From the NCBI GenBank assembly GCA_963662625.1, contig OY759726.1, positions 1,760,001-1,824,000 of the forward strand: 64,000 nucleotides of DNA, given 5' to 3'. This document shows positions 28,108-37,983 of the stretch, piece by piece. The position numbers were made by a program, and so were the translations under genes. The stretch comes from Nitrosopumilus sp. (GTDB taxonomy: Archaea > Thermoproteota > Nitrososphaeria > Nitrososphaerales > Nitrosopumilaceae). Each line of letters starts with the position of its first letter. Position 1 is the stretch's first letter. A model generated the notes under the pieces. It did no database searches, had not been told where the DNA came from, and worked only from the letters and a program-made list of their open reading frames with translations.

Positions 28108-29552
28108 GGCGGGACCCCCTTGAGGCCGGCCGCCTGCTCCAGCGCGCGGGCCGCCTGCAGCAGCTGCCTGTCGTGCATGGAATCGGCCAGGAGCTGGATC
28201 CCGACCGGCAGGCCGCCCGACATCGCGAACGGGACTGTCACGGCAGGGATGCCGGCGAGGTTCGCCGTGACGGTGTTGATGTCTATCTGGAACAGCGCGA
28301 CTGGATCGTCTATCTTCTCGCCCAGCTTGAAAGGCAGCACTGGGACCGTCGGGGACACCAGGAAGTCGTACTCCCTGAACGCCTCGGCGACCTGCCTGGA
28401 CAGCTTGCTCTTGACCTTCAGCGCCTTTAGGAAGTACCTGCCGGCGTGCCCCGCGGAGGGCACGAACCCGCCCAGTATGATCCTGCGCGTCACCTCGGGG
28501 CCGAACCTCCTCCTGGCCTTCCGTATGTACGAGTTGAACTCAAAGCCGTCCACCGGGAGGTCGTACCCGTACCTCAGGTTGTCGTACCTCGCCAGGTTGC
28601 TGCCGGCCTCGGTGGACGTGATGGTGTAGTAGGCTGCGACGGAGTACCCCACCATGTCAAGCGACACCTCCTCGCACCGGGCCCCCATGCCCTCGAGCTT
28701 GGATACCGCGTCCCTGGTGGCGGACAGCACGGCCGGGTCGGTTCCCTCGGCCAGCATCTCCTTGATCACCCCCACCCTCCTGCCCTCCACGCCGGAGTCG
28801 ATCCCCTCCAGGTAGTCCAGGCCGCCCCGGTCCACCGTGGTGCCGTCGTGCGGGTCCTTCCCGGAGATCACGTTGAGCATGAACGCGGCGTCCTTCACGG
28901 TCCTGGTCAGCGGGCCTATCTGCTCGATGCTGTTGGCGTAGGATATCAGCCCGTACCTGCTCACCAGGCCGTAGGTCGGCTTGAACCCCACGACGGAGCA
29001 GAAGCTCGCCGGGTTCCGCACGGAGCCGCCCGTGTCGGAGCCGAGCGACGCGGCGCACTCGAGCGCGCTGACCGACGCCGCGCTGCCGCCGGAGGACCCG
29101 CCCGGGACGTATTCCGTGTCCCACGGGTTCCTGCTGGGCCCGAACGCGCTGAACTCGGTGGTCAGCCCCATCGCGAACTCGTCCATGTTCGTGTTGCCCA
29201 CGAACACCGCGTCCTGTTCCCCGAGCCTCGAGATCACCGTCGCGTCGTACGGGGCCACAAAGCCCTCGAGCATCCTCGACGCGCAGGTGGTCCTGCGGCC
29301 GCGGACGCAGATGTTGTCCTTGACGGACACGGGCAGGCCGCAGCAGGCGCCGACCCTGCCGCCCGACCTCACCCTCCTGTCCACGTCCCGGGCCCGGTCC
29401 ACGGCCCCCCCGTCGACCGACAGGAACGCGTGCAGCCTCCCGTCCACGCGGGCGATCCGCTCCATGGTCGCGGCCACAAAGTCCTCCGCAGAGAGGTTCC
29501 CGTCGCGCACCTCCCGCGCGAACTCCAGCGCGGAGATGTTGAGGTCGGTCAT
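28104..29552 (-). CDS. gatA: Asp/Glu-tRNA amidotransferase subunit A
   Basis: Amidase signature PGGSSGGS, SDTGGSVR. Confidence 0.98.
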   Translation of the reverse strand: MTDLNISALEFAREVRDGNLSAEDFVAATMERIARVDGRLHAFLSVDGGAVDRARDVDRRVRSGGRVGACCGLPVSVKDNICVRGRRTTCASRMLEGFVAPYDATVISRLGEQDAVFVGNTNMDEFAMGLTTEFSAFGPSRNPWDTEYVPGGSSGGSAASVSALECAASLGSDTGGSVRNPASFCSVVGFKPTYGLVSRYGLISYANSIEQIGPLTRTVKDAAFMLNVISGKDPHDGTTVDRGGLDYLEGIDSGVEGRRVGVIKEMLAEGTDPAVLSATRDAVSKLEGMGARCEEVSLDMVGYSVAAYYTITSTEAGSNLARYDNLRYGYDLPVDGFEFNSYIRKARRRFGPEVTRRIILGGFVPSAGHAGRYFLKALKVKSKLSRQVAEAFREYDFLVSPTVPVLPFKLGEKIDDPVALFQIDINTVTANLAGIPAVTVPFAMSGGLPVGIQLLADSMHDRQLLQAARALEQAAGLKGVPP

Positions 29553-29824
29553 GGCATCTTCGGGGCCCTGACGTAGCCGCCCCTGTACAGCTTGAGCGCG
29601 CCGGCCAGGTCGCCGTCGAACGGGACGTGCTCGTCGTCGCGAAGGCCGGCGACGTCGGTCTCGGGCATCGAGATCTCCTCGGACTCCACGCTGGCAGAGT
29701 CCAGGATCTCAAAGTACTCGATCATGGCGCGGACCTTGTCGGCGTACTCCGAAAAGTCCTCGATCTCGATCCTCATCAGCCCCGAGACGCGCCGGATTTC
29801 CTCCTCCGTGACCATCATCCACAC
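29549..29824 (-). CDS. gatC: Asp/Glu-tRNA amidotransferase subunit C
   Basis: Small ORF between aspS and gatA; LRDD and C-terminal YVRAPK. Confidence 0.9.
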   Translation of the reverse strand: MWMMVTEEEIRRVSGLMRIEIEDFSEYADKVRAMIEYFEILDSASVESEEISMPETDVAGLRDDEHVPFDGDLAGALKLYRGGYVRAPKMP

Positions 29825-31132
29825 CTATGGCGTCAGCCTGTCCACGTCCCTCGGGTAGAACGTCACGTCCCGGATGTTCTCCGTGCCGGTGAGCGCCATC
29901 ATCAGGCGCTCGAGCCCTATCCCGCACCCGGCGTGCGGGTGCACCCCGTAGTCGAACGATCCCAGGTGGTGCCCAAAGGCGTCCGTGTTCATCCCCTTGG
30001 CGCCCATCCGCTCGGCCAGCTCGCCGCGCTTCTCGATCCTCGTGCTGCCCGAGGAGATCTCCAGGTCGCCGAACATCAGGTCGAACGACTCGGAGACGTC
30101 CGGGTTGCCGCGGCTCGCCTTGACGTAGAACGGCTTGGGGCCGAGCGGCCAGTCCTTGACGAAGTAGAACCCCTCGAGGCCGGCCTTCTTGAGGTCTGAC
30201 GGGTACAGGTCGTCGCCCCACTCCGTCTTTGCCCCCGCGTCCCGCATGACCCCCACCAGGTCGGAGTACGAGTGCCGCGGTATGTCCCCGGCGTCCGGGA
30301 CGGCAAACCCCGCGTCCGGGTTGGCCTCGGCGTAGCTGCCCACGGCGGAGGCCGCGGCGCCCACCAGCCGCCCCACCCTGTCCATGACGTCGTTGTAGTC
30401 CACGAAGGCCTCCTCAAAGTCCACGGATATCGCCTCGGCCAGGTGGCGGTTGGTCCTCGACGGCTCGGCGCGGAAGATCGGCGCGATCTCGTACACCTTC
30501 TCGAAGCTCATGGTCAGCTGCTCCTTGTACAGCTGAGGGCTCTGCGCCAGGAACGCCTCCTTGTTGTAGTAGAATATCGGGAACAGCGCGGCCCCGCCCT
30601 CCGTGGCCGTGGCGATCATCTTCGGCGTGCTGACCTCCGTGAAGCCCTCCCCGCCAAGGTAGCCCCGGACGGACTGCAGGACGGCGCTGCGCGCCCTGAA
30701 CACGTGCTGCAGCGCCGCGCGCCTCAGGTCGATCGGGCGGACCTCGAGCCGCGTGTCTATGTTCTTGACGGTCCTCGCGACGGGCTCGAATGGCGGTATC
30801 TTTTCCACCCGCGAGAAGACGCGCAGCTCGCCGGGGATCACCTCGAGGCCGGCCGGCGACTTTTCCGACGCCCTTACCGTGCCGCGTACCGCCACCGAGG
30901 AGTGCGGCTTCAGGGACGATATCCCCTCGCGGACCTCGTCTGGGCACCCGCCCTTCTTGGCCACCACGTGGACGTCACCGTCCCTGTCCCTGACGGTGGC
31001 GAAGGTTATGTTCCCGTGGCCCCGGACCGTCAGGATCCACCCCATGACTGTCACCTGCGCGCCGTCCATGGAGGGGGAGAGCCCGCTGGAGTAGTGGGAT
31101 CTGCGCATGTCGCCCAGTTCGGTCTCGATCAT
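29825..31132 (-). CDS. aspS: Archaeal-type aspartyl-tRNA synthetase (probably non-discriminating)
   Basis: ATEGGA, QSPQLYK, FRAE, GIGLERL; heads the gatCAB operon. Confidence 0.97.
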   Translation of the reverse strand: MIETELGDMRRSHYSSGLSPSMDGAQVTVMGWILTVRGHGNITFATVRDRDGDVHVVAKKGGCPDEVREGISSLKPHSSVAVRGTVRASEKSPAGLEVIPGELRVFSRVEKIPPFEPVARTVKNIDTRLEVRPIDLRRAALQHVFRARSAVLQSVRGYLGGEGFTEVSTPKMIATATEGGAALFPIFYYNKEAFLAQSPQLYKEQLTMSFEKVYEIAPIFRAEPSRTNRHLAEAISVDFEEAFVDYNDVMDRVGRLVGAAASAVGSYAEANPDAGFAVPDAGDIPRHSYSDLVGVMRDAGAKTEWGDDLYPSDLKKAGLEGFYFVKDWPLGPKPFYVKASRGNPDVSESFDLMFGDLEISSGSTRIEKRGELAERMGAKGMNTDAFGHHLGSFDYGVHPHAGCGIGLERLMMALTGTENIRDVTFYPRDVDRLTP

Positions 31133-31241
31133 CGTATGCCTGATCATGCCCCCACGGTGTAATTAATTCTTGCACGGGGGCCCGGGCCGCCCGGGCTGGC
31201 TCCCGTGTTACATTAATTTGCCTCCCCCGCGCAGGCATCCC

Positions 31242-31451
31242 ATGGCCCTGACGCCGAGGGAGAAGGCGGTGGCCGTGATCGCCAACGGCATCGCGGTCTA
31301 CTCGCTGCTGCAGGAGAGGGGCGCCCTCCCGGAGGGCGCGACGATGTACGACTTTATCACGAGGGCGGTCCCGGGGGACGCGAGGGGCGAGCTGACGGCC
31401 GCGCTGGTCGACGAGGTGTTCGAGTGCGTCTCGTCTGCACATAGTTCATAA
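31242..31451 (+). CDS. Hypothetical protein (69 aa)
   Basis: MALTPREKAVAVI...; AT-rich box upstream. Confidence 0.7.
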   Translation: MALTPREKAVAVIANGIAVYSLLQERGALPEGATMYDFITRAVPGDARGELTAALVDEVFECVSSAHSS

Positions 31452-31474
31452 GGTGCCGGGGCCCAGCCGTTGGC

Positions 31475-32500
31475 ATGGCGTCCGTCGCAACCCTCGGGTC
31501 CCACTGCGCGCTGCAGGTGCTAAAGGGGGCAAAGGACGAGGGGCTGGGGACGCTGCTGGTATGCGAGAGGAGGAGGGAGCGGCTCTACCGCAGGTTCCCG
31601 TTCATCGACGAGATGATCCTGGTGGACTCCTTCAAGGAGGTGCTGGATCGGAGGTGCCAGTCCGCCCTGGAGCGGAACGGCGCCGTCCTGGTGCCCCACG
31701 GGACGCTGATCGCCCAGATGTCGCCGGGGGAGATCGAGTCGCTGGGGACGCCGGTCTTCGGGAACAAGTGGATCCTTAGGTGGGAGTCCGACAGGGGGAT
31801 GAAGGAGAGGATGATGCGGGAGGCGGGCCTGCCCGTCCCGGCCCCGGTGCGGGACCCCGCCGAGATCGACGGGCTGGTGATCGTAAAGAGGCAGGGGGCG
31901 GCCGGCGGGAAGGGCTACTTTTTGGCGTCGTCCGAGGAGGAGTACCACGAGAAGAGGTCCCAGCTGGTCGGGGACGGGACCATATCCGAGGACGAGCCGC
32001 TGTACATCCAGGAGTACGCCGCCGGGGTGCTGGCATACCTGCAGTTCTTCTATTCCCCGCTGAGGGGGGAGCTCGAGTTCTTCGGGGCAGACCAGCGGCA
32101 CGAGTCCGACATCGAGGGGCTCGCGAGGATCCCCTCCGCGTCGCAGCTGGAGATGGGCGGGGTGCCGTCGTTCAACGTGATAGGCAACAGCCCGATCGTC
32201 CTGCGCGAGTCGCTCCTCGACCAGGCATACGCGATGGGGGACGGGTTCGTGGAGGCGGCAAGGCGGCTCGCGAGCCCCGGGATGAACGGCCCGTTCTGCA
32301 TAGAGGGCGTGTACGACGAGGACGCCGGGTTCACCTCGTTCGAGTTCTCGGCCAGGATCGTGGCGGGCACCAACATCTACATGGACGGCTCGCCGTACTA
32401 CTCGTTGCTGTTCGGGGAGAAGATGAGCATGGGCAGGAGGATCGCCAGGGAGGTGAAGAACGCCGCCGGCGCGGGCAGGCTGGACGCCGTGACCACCTGA
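31475..32500 (+). CDS. purP: PurP-family ATP-grasp enzyme (FAICAR synthetase)
   Basis: LGSHCALQVLKGAKDEG, GGKGYF, FEFSARIVAGTN, MGRRIA. Confidence 0.93.
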   Translation: MASVATLGSHCALQVLKGAKDEGLGTLLVCERRRERLYRRFPFIDEMILVDSFKEVLDRRCQSALERNGAVLVPHGTLIAQMSPGEIESLGTPVFGNKWILRWESDRGMKERMMREAGLPVPAPVRDPAEIDGLVIVKRQGAAGGKGYFLASSEEEYHEKRSQLVGDGTISEDEPLYIQEYAAGVLAYLQFFYSPLRGELEFFGADQRHESDIEGLARIPSASQLEMGGVPSFNVIGNSPIVLRESLLDQAYAMGDGFVEAARRLASPGMNGPFCIEGVYDEDAGFTSFEFSARIVAGTNIYMDGSPYYSLLFGEKMSMGRRIAREVKNAAGAGRLDAVTT

Positions 32501-32521
32501 ACGGCGCCCCCCCCCCCGTGG

Positions 32522-32869
32522 TCAGCCCCGCCGGCCGTCGGGGGCGTTGCGGTACAGGCTCAGGCGGGGCGTCATGTCGGTAAGCGTGATCTCCACCTTG
32601 CCTATCCTGCTCCGGTACTGCTTCACCTTCTTGCCCTCCGGGGATATGACGAACCTGCTGACCTCGACCAGCGCCAGGTCCTCCAGGTTCGAGAGCGTCT
32701 TGTAGACGGTGGAGAGCGATATCTTCAGCTCCTCTGAGATCTGGGTCGCGTCCTTCGGCCTGTCCTTCACTGAGAACAGGACTGCCCTGGTGCACACGCT
32801 GCTGAGCGACTCGATTATCCTCTGGGTCACGTCGAACTCGCCCAGTTGTATTATGTTAGGCTTTGGCAT
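32522..32869 (-). CDS. Winged-helix (ArsR-like) regulator
   Basis: ISEELKISLSTVYKTLSNL. Confidence 0.88.
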   Translation of the reverse strand: MPKPNIIQLGEFDVTQRIIESLSSVCTRAVLFSVKDRPKDATQISEELKISLSTVYKTLSNLEDLALVEVSRFVISPEGKKVKQYRSRIGKVEITLTDMTPRLSLYRNAPDGRRG

Positions 32870-32877
32870 GCATACCA

Positions 32878-33207
32878 CTAGTTGGGGACCAGGATCAGCA
32901 CCGGATCGGGCTTGCGGATCACGATGTCGGCCTTGCTGATCCGGCTGCGGTATATCTTGAACTTCCTTCCCTTGTCTGATATCATCCAGCGCTCGACCTC
33001 GATGAGCGTGAGCTCCTCCAGGTCGGCCAGCTTCTTGTACACGGAGCTGAGCGGGATCTTGAGCTTCTCGGACAGTTCCGAGGCGGTCTTGCCGCGCCTT
33101 ATGACGGAGAACAGTATCGCGCGCGACTCCGGGTCCGCGAGCGCCTCGATCACCTTCTGGGTGATGTCGTATTTTTTTAGCTGGGGCAGGGTCAGGCGGC
33201 GCGCCAT
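32878..33207 (-). CDS. Winged-helix (ArsR-like) regulator, tandem paralog
   Basis: ALADPESRAIL...LSEKLKIPLSSVYKKL. Confidence 0.9.
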   Translation of the reverse strand: MARRLTLPQLKKYDITQKVIEALADPESRAILFSVIRRGKTASELSEKLKIPLSSVYKKLADLEELTLIEVERWMISDKGRKFKIYRSRISKADIVIRKPDPVLILVPN

Positions 33208-33319
33208 ACGCAATGGAAGGCGCCTGCAAGTTATTTAAACAGAATGGTCTCATTCCAATCCCATGGAACCAGAATGGCCGCGCCCCGGCGCCGGCGCGGC
33301 CCGTGGCCCCCGGGCGCGC

Positions 33320-33604
33320 TCAGCCGCCAGGATCGACCACCGTGGCCCACGCGAGCCCCTCCCCGAACTTTATGGTGGCCGCGTCCCCCGGGGAGAGCGT
33401 GCAGCCGGCGATGGTCTTCGGGATCATGTCGGCGGTCTCGGCGTAGCACACGCCGTTGTCGTTTGACAGGATCACGGCCTCCTCGTACACGTCCTCGCGG
33501 ATGAGGTTCCAGAACGGGAACACGATCATGGACAGGACCACCCCGGCCACCGCGAACGCGCCGCCGAAGGCCAGGGCCGCCTTCCTGCCGGAGGACAGCT
33601 CCAA
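33320..33604 (-). CDS. Small membrane-anchored protein
   Basis: N-terminal TM helix, then a beta-rich domain with two Cys. Confidence 0.75.
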   Translation of the reverse strand: MELSSGRKAALAFGGAFAVAGVVLSMIVFPFWNLIREDVYEEAVILSNDNGVCYAETADMIPKTIAGCTLSPGDAATIKFGEGLAWATVVDPGG

Positions 33605-33605
33605 G

Positions 33606-33767
33606 CTACCAGGTGCCGCCCGCCCCGGCGTTGGGATCGAGTTTCTTTTCGGGCACGTTGCCGTGGGCCTTCTTCACGTGCCTGGCAAGGCGCTCGGGCG
33701 TGGGAAGATCCAGGCCGCACTCCTTGCACTTTGTCTGGCTCTCGCTTTTCTTCTTGAAGAGTCTCAT
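33606..33767 (-). CDS. C2H2 zinc-finger protein (53 aa)
   Basis: CKECG...LARHVKKAH; TTTATAAAA box upstream. Confidence 0.85.
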   Translation of the reverse strand: MRLFKKKSESQTKCKECGLDLPTPERLARHVKKAHGNVPEKKLDPNAGAGGTW

Positions 33768-33789
33768 GGTACAACGGGGAGGGATTATT

Positions 33790-34527
33790 TTATAAATCGT
33801 TTGAAAGGCGCGGCGCCCGCGGCTTTTTTTCACGGCGGGCCTTTGCGCCTTCCGGGGCCGGTTTTGAGATCCTCGGGTGGGCCTCCAGCCCGGGAATCCC
33901 GACGCCGGCCAGGGCCTGGCGCATCCCCAACCCCGCGAGTTCCCTCCCGGACGTGCTCACGCCCATCCCTTGGGCCTCCCTCTCGTTGGCATGGAACCGG
34001 GGGCCGCGGTCGGTCATGACGGCGGCGGGCTTCCCGTGCCTCCCGACGGCCCCCTCCAGCGCCCCGGGGGCGTTCGCGGCGGCGGCCCCGTCGGACATGC
34101 CGTACCCGGTGGCGAACCTGGAGGCGCCGTCCCCGTGGCGCGGGCCGTGCGCGCGCCCGGGCTTCCGGCGCACCGCGTTGCGGAGCTTCCCCGGCGCGGG
34201 CATGCCCATGCGGCCGAGCCTGTCGGCAAGCCTGCCGACGTGGCCGTGCCGAACGCGCGGGTTCCTTCCCCTGCAGGGAGTGTCCCGGGGGCCGCCGGCG
34301 CCTGGCCGTTCCGCCCACAGGCGGACGGTGCGCCGTTCCACGTCCGCAAGGCACGCGGCGCCACTCGCGTGGTATCCGCCGGGCACCCCGCGCACTGCCA
34401 TCATCCTGCCGCGGATCCCGGCGCCCCTCCCTGCGCGCATGGCCTCCGCCAGGCCCCGCGGTTTCCCGTCGGCCCCGCCCGTGGATGGTTCGGCGATCCT
34501 GCGTCCGGCAGGCTTTTCTGGTGCCAC
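33790..34527 (-). pseudogene. Decayed IS481-family (rve integrase core) transposase remnant
   Basis: DGASRFATGYG...ALEGAVGRHGKPAAVMTDRGPRFHANE; ends not identifiable. Confidence 0.7.
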
Positions 34528-34677
34528 CTCCCAGGGGGGAGATCATTTGTGAGCGTCACCCTAGGCACGGATCGGAAAAGTCACGGGATGCGTTGCGGCA
34601 ACTACGCCCGGGCGGTCATCACACGTTCATGCCACGGGCCCACCATACATTATAAGGGACTCCGGCCATAGCACAGC

Positions 34678-35820
34678 ATGGCGATATCGAACGTCACGGT
34701 CCTGGGCTCCGGGGTCATGGGCCACGGGATTGCCCAGGTGTCGGCGGTTGCGGGGTACGACGTCGTCCTGCGCGACATAGAGCGCGGGTTCCTGGACAGG
34801 GCCATGGAAAAGATACGGTGGAGCCTGGACAAGATGGTGGAGAAGCGGAAGGTCTCGCGGGAGGAGGCAGACGCGGCATACTCCAGGATCACGCCGGCAG
34901 TCGACCTCAAGGAAGCCGTGGGGGGGGCGCAGCTGGTGATAGAGGTGGTCCCGGAGATCATGGAGCTGAAGAAAAAGGTCTACGCGGAGCTCGACGAGGC
35001 GGCCGGGGGGGACGTGATATTCGCCTCGAACACCAGCACGCTGCCGATCACCGAGATCGCCGGCGCGACCAGCAGGCCGGACAGGTTCGTCGGGATACAC
35101 TTCTTCAACCCGCCGCAGCTGATGAGGCTGGTGGAAGTTATCCCCGGAGAGAAGACGTCCCGGGACACCGTGGAGGCGACCCTGGACTACGTCGGGTCCG
35201 TGAAGAAGGAGGCGGTGCTGTGCAGGCGCGACGTCCCGGGATTCATAGTCAACAGGCTGTTCATACCGGTTATACACGAGGCGTGCCACGCCAGGGACAG
35301 GACGGGCGCCGCGATCGAGGAGATCGACTCTGCCGTTAAGTTCGGGCTGGGCTTCCCCATGGGGATATTCGAGCTGGCCGACTTTACCGGCATGGACGTC
35401 GTCCACAAGGCGACCGTCGAGATGCACATGCGCGACAAGAAGGTCGTCCGGCCCCACCCCGAGATCGGGAGGATGTTCGAGGAGAAGAGGCTGGGGCAAA
35501 AGTCCGGCGAGGGGTTTTACAGGTATTCGGACGAGAATTACGAGAGGGTCGCGCTGTCGGAGGAGCTCGCGAGGGGGTTCGACCCCGTCCAGCTGCTCGC
35601 AAACATCATGAACAACGCGGCGTGGCTCGTCACGAACGGGGCAAGCGACGTCGAGGAGATCGAGAAGGCCGCCCGGCTCGGGCTTGGGCTGAGAAAACCG
35701 CTCTTCGAGACCGCCGGGGAGGCCGGGATCGGGAAAATCATCGGCGAGCTGAACGGGCTTGCCGCCGAGCACGGGGCGTTCTACGAGCCGGACCCGTTCC
35801 TGGAGTCTATGCGGCGATGA
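34678..35820 (+). CDS. 3-hydroxyacyl-CoA dehydrogenase (candidate 3-hydroxybutyryl-CoA DH of the 3HP/4HB cycle)
   Basis: GSGVMG, SNTSTL, HFFNP, PGFIVNR, LGQKSGEGFY. Confidence 0.93.
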   Translation: MAISNVTVLGSGVMGHGIAQVSAVAGYDVVLRDIERGFLDRAMEKIRWSLDKMVEKRKVSREEADAAYSRITPAVDLKEAVGGAQLVIEVVPEIMELKKKVYAELDEAAGGDVIFASNTSTLPITEIAGATSRPDRFVGIHFFNPPQLMRLVEVIPGEKTSRDTVEATLDYVGSVKKEAVLCRRDVPGFIVNRLFIPVIHEACHARDRTGAAIEEIDSAVKFGLGFPMGIFELADFTGMDVVHKATVEMHMRDKKVVRPHPEIGRMFEEKRLGQKSGEGFYRYSDENYERVALSEELARGFDPVQLLANIMNNAAWLVTNGASDVEEIEKAARLGLGLRKPLFETAGEAGIGKIIGELNGLAAEHGAFYEPDPFLESMRR

Positions 35821-36316
35821 GGCCCAGGATCGCCCCGACCGCGCCCTTGGCCGTGTCGGCGCCCACGATCCTGACGTTCCGCCTGTGGTCCACGTAGCCG
35901 TCGACGAACTGGGCCGTGACTCCTCCCATGTTCCTTACCGCGACCATGGGCTTCCTGTGCATGTAGGCCGCGCATATCTCGGACAGCGTACCAGAGCCCC
36001 CGCCGACGATGACCACCCCGTCGGCAGACAGCGCGTTCAGAAAGTCCCGCGTCAGGCCCATGCCGGTGGGGACGACTATGTCGCAGTACCGGTTCGCGAG
36101 CGACGCGTCGTCCTGCGGGATTATCCCGAGGACCGTCCCGCCCGCCTCGTGCGCGCCCCGGGACGAGGCGCTCATGACCCCTCCCATGCCGCCGGTGACC
36201 AGCACGCTGCCTGACCTTGCGACCTCGGCGCCCACCTCGTAGGCCACCCTCCGGTGCTCCTCGGTGCACCCGTTGTCGTTGTTCCCGATTACGAGGATCT
36301 GCCGCTTCCTTGCCAA
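35807..36316 (-). CDS. TIGR00725 / LOG-family protein
   Basis: TGGMGGVM, GGGSGTLSEI; start uncertain (TTG 36316). Confidence 0.88.
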   Translation of the reverse strand: MARKRQILVIGNNDNGCTEEHRRVAYEVGAEVARSGSVLVTGGMGGVMSASSRGAHEAGGTVLGIIPQDDASLANRYCDIVVPTGMGLTRDFLNALSADGVVIVGGGSGTLSEICAAYMHRKPMVAVRNMGGVTAQFVDGYVDHRRNVRIVGADTAKGAVGAILGLIAA

Positions 36317-36488
36317 CGCCCGATCATGGCCGGCCGCGGTCAAAAATCTTTCGAGTGGCGCCCCCCAGAGGCCCCGCCGCCATCTTCCCGCGGGGGGCGC
36401 GCACGGGCGGCCGGCGGGCCGGCTTTGCACGCGCTGCGAGCGTCTGCCCGAACGCAAGAGATATTAGATAAAGGCGCAAAGCCAGCAC

Positions 36489-36608
36489 ATGGAAAGACGC
36501 ACGGTTCCCGTATGCTTTACGGAAAAACAGTACAAGATGATCGAGGAGTTTGCCAAGAGGAAAGGCATGCTCAACGCGAGCCAGGCCCTTGAGAAGCTGC
36601 TCGGGTAG
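36489..36608 (+). CDS. Ribbon-helix-helix (CopG-like) protein (39 aa)
   Basis: MERRTVPVCFTEKQYKMIEEFAKRKGMLNASQALEKLLG*; AT-rich box upstream. Confidence 0.75.
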   Translation: MERRTVPVCFTEKQYKMIEEFAKRKGMLNASQALEKLLG

Positions 36609-36766
36609 GACGTCCCGCCCCGCGGGATCCAGGCCGCGTCCCCAGGGCCGGCGCGGCACCGCGGGCTTTTCGGCATTCCAGACTCCCCAGGCGTACGCGC
36701 GGCCTGGCATGGAACAGCAGGCCCGCGCCGCCGGCCGGACTCGCGCGGCGGCTGGCCGCCAAGCGC

Positions 36767-36775
36767 AAAAAAAAA
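36767..36775 (-). terminator. Oligo-T terminator candidate
   Basis: T9 on the minus strand, 8 nt after the stop of the PEFG-CTERM gene. Confidence 0.5.
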
Positions 36776-36783
36776 GAACGGGT

Positions 36784-37890
36784 TTACGCCCGGGTGCCCA
36801 GTCTGGATTTTGCAGAGACCGCTATGAGGCTCGTGATCGCGACGGCGAGGACTGTCATCGCTATGGTTCCGAACTCCGGGACTATCGTCGCTATGGTGTC
36901 CATCTTTGCCAGTATCGCGTCGATCTGCGCGTTCACCGCCGAAGGCGCCGCGCCGGACTTGATCATGTTCCGGAGATCCTCCCTCATCATGATCTCGACC
37001 TCGGCCATCAGGTCTTCCTTGCCGAGATCAATCAGCGGTGCCTCGAGGAACTCGTAGTTGTCCAGGTACGCCCTTGTCGCGAGGCTCAGCGCCAGGTCAC
37101 CGTCTCCGTCGCCGTACGCCTGCTTGGCGTCTGCAAGAAGCGTCCTTATGTTTTCGACGTATGCGAGCAGGTCGTCGCCCGTGCCATCGTCTCCGGCGAT
37201 CTGGTCGATCTTGGAAAGGATCCCGCCTACCTGCGCCTCCACGGCGGACGGGTCTGCCAGCGAGCCGTAGGACGCCCATACCTGGTCATAGTATGACGCG
37301 ATCTCAGTGGCGTCCCCCGGGTCAAGGTCGCCGCTTACCGTGTCGAAGATCTGCTGGGATCTCCACACGAACGCGGAACCGTCCTGGAACTCCGCCATCT
37401 CCGTGATCGCGCCGCCGGTCACCGCCTCGCCGTACTCCGCGACCGACGTCTCGAGCAGGCCCCGCATCAGGTTTAGCTTGAATTCGGGGTCGTTGCTCAG
37501 CCGGTCGCCGACTATGGCAGCGCGGGCAGCCTCCACCGCCTGCTTTGCGTCGTCTATGGCCTGCTGCGCCTGCGCCCTCGGCACGTCCGTGGTCGCCTTG
37601 TCCTTCAGCTCCACCAGCGTGGCCTGCACCCGCGCGTCAAGCTCGGGATCGGCGGCCCTTAGCACAGGCCTCATCACGTCGTACAGCTCGGCGACGGGGT
37701 GCGTCGCGTGGGTTAGCGCAAGGGACGCGTTGCCGGCGTCCAGGTTCAGCTCGAGCGCCCTAAAGTGCCCGAGCGTCTCCTCCAGGTTGGCGGCGAGGTC
37801 GGCCTTCTCGTCATAAGATCCTGCAAATGCCAGCTGTGTCGAAGTCGCAGTGAGCATCACGAGCGTTGCCAACGCTATCAGTTTGTTCAT
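36784..37890 (-). CDS. PEFG-CTERM surface protein, helical bundle (putative metal binding)
   Basis: Signal peptide; C-terminal VPEFG + TM + basic tail; AYLDNYEFLE motif. Confidence 0.88.
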   Translation of the reverse strand: MNKLIALATLVMLTATSTQLAFAGSYDEKADLAANLEETLGHFRALELNLDAGNASLALTHATHPVAELYDVMRPVLRAADPELDARVQATLVELKDKATTDVPRAQAQQAIDDAKQAVEAARAAIVGDRLSNDPEFKLNLMRGLLETSVAEYGEAVTGGAITEMAEFQDGSAFVWRSQQIFDTVSGDLDPGDATEIASYYDQVWASYGSLADPSAVEAQVGGILSKIDQIAGDDGTGDDLLAYVENIRTLLADAKQAYGDGDGDLALSLATRAYLDNYEFLEAPLIDLGKEDLMAEVEIMMREDLRNMIKSGAAPSAVNAQIDAILAKMDTIATIVPEFGTIAMTVLAVAITSLIAVSAKSRLGTRA

Positions 37891-37983
37891 TATGGTGACT
37901 GTCCACGCGGTATTCATTTAAAGATAGGGCAGGTTACTTTGCACTGTTACATGGATTTGGAATGACGCGCCGCCGGGATCCCG

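Noticed and set aside
24751-31132. aspS-gatCAB(-acs) cluster as a novel system
   Set aside because: This is the well-known tRNA-dependent Asn transamidation arrangement
32507-32517. Poly-C runs (also 54240-54250) as phase-variation switches
   Set aside because: They lie at or beyond gene 3' ends, with no effect on frame or promoter
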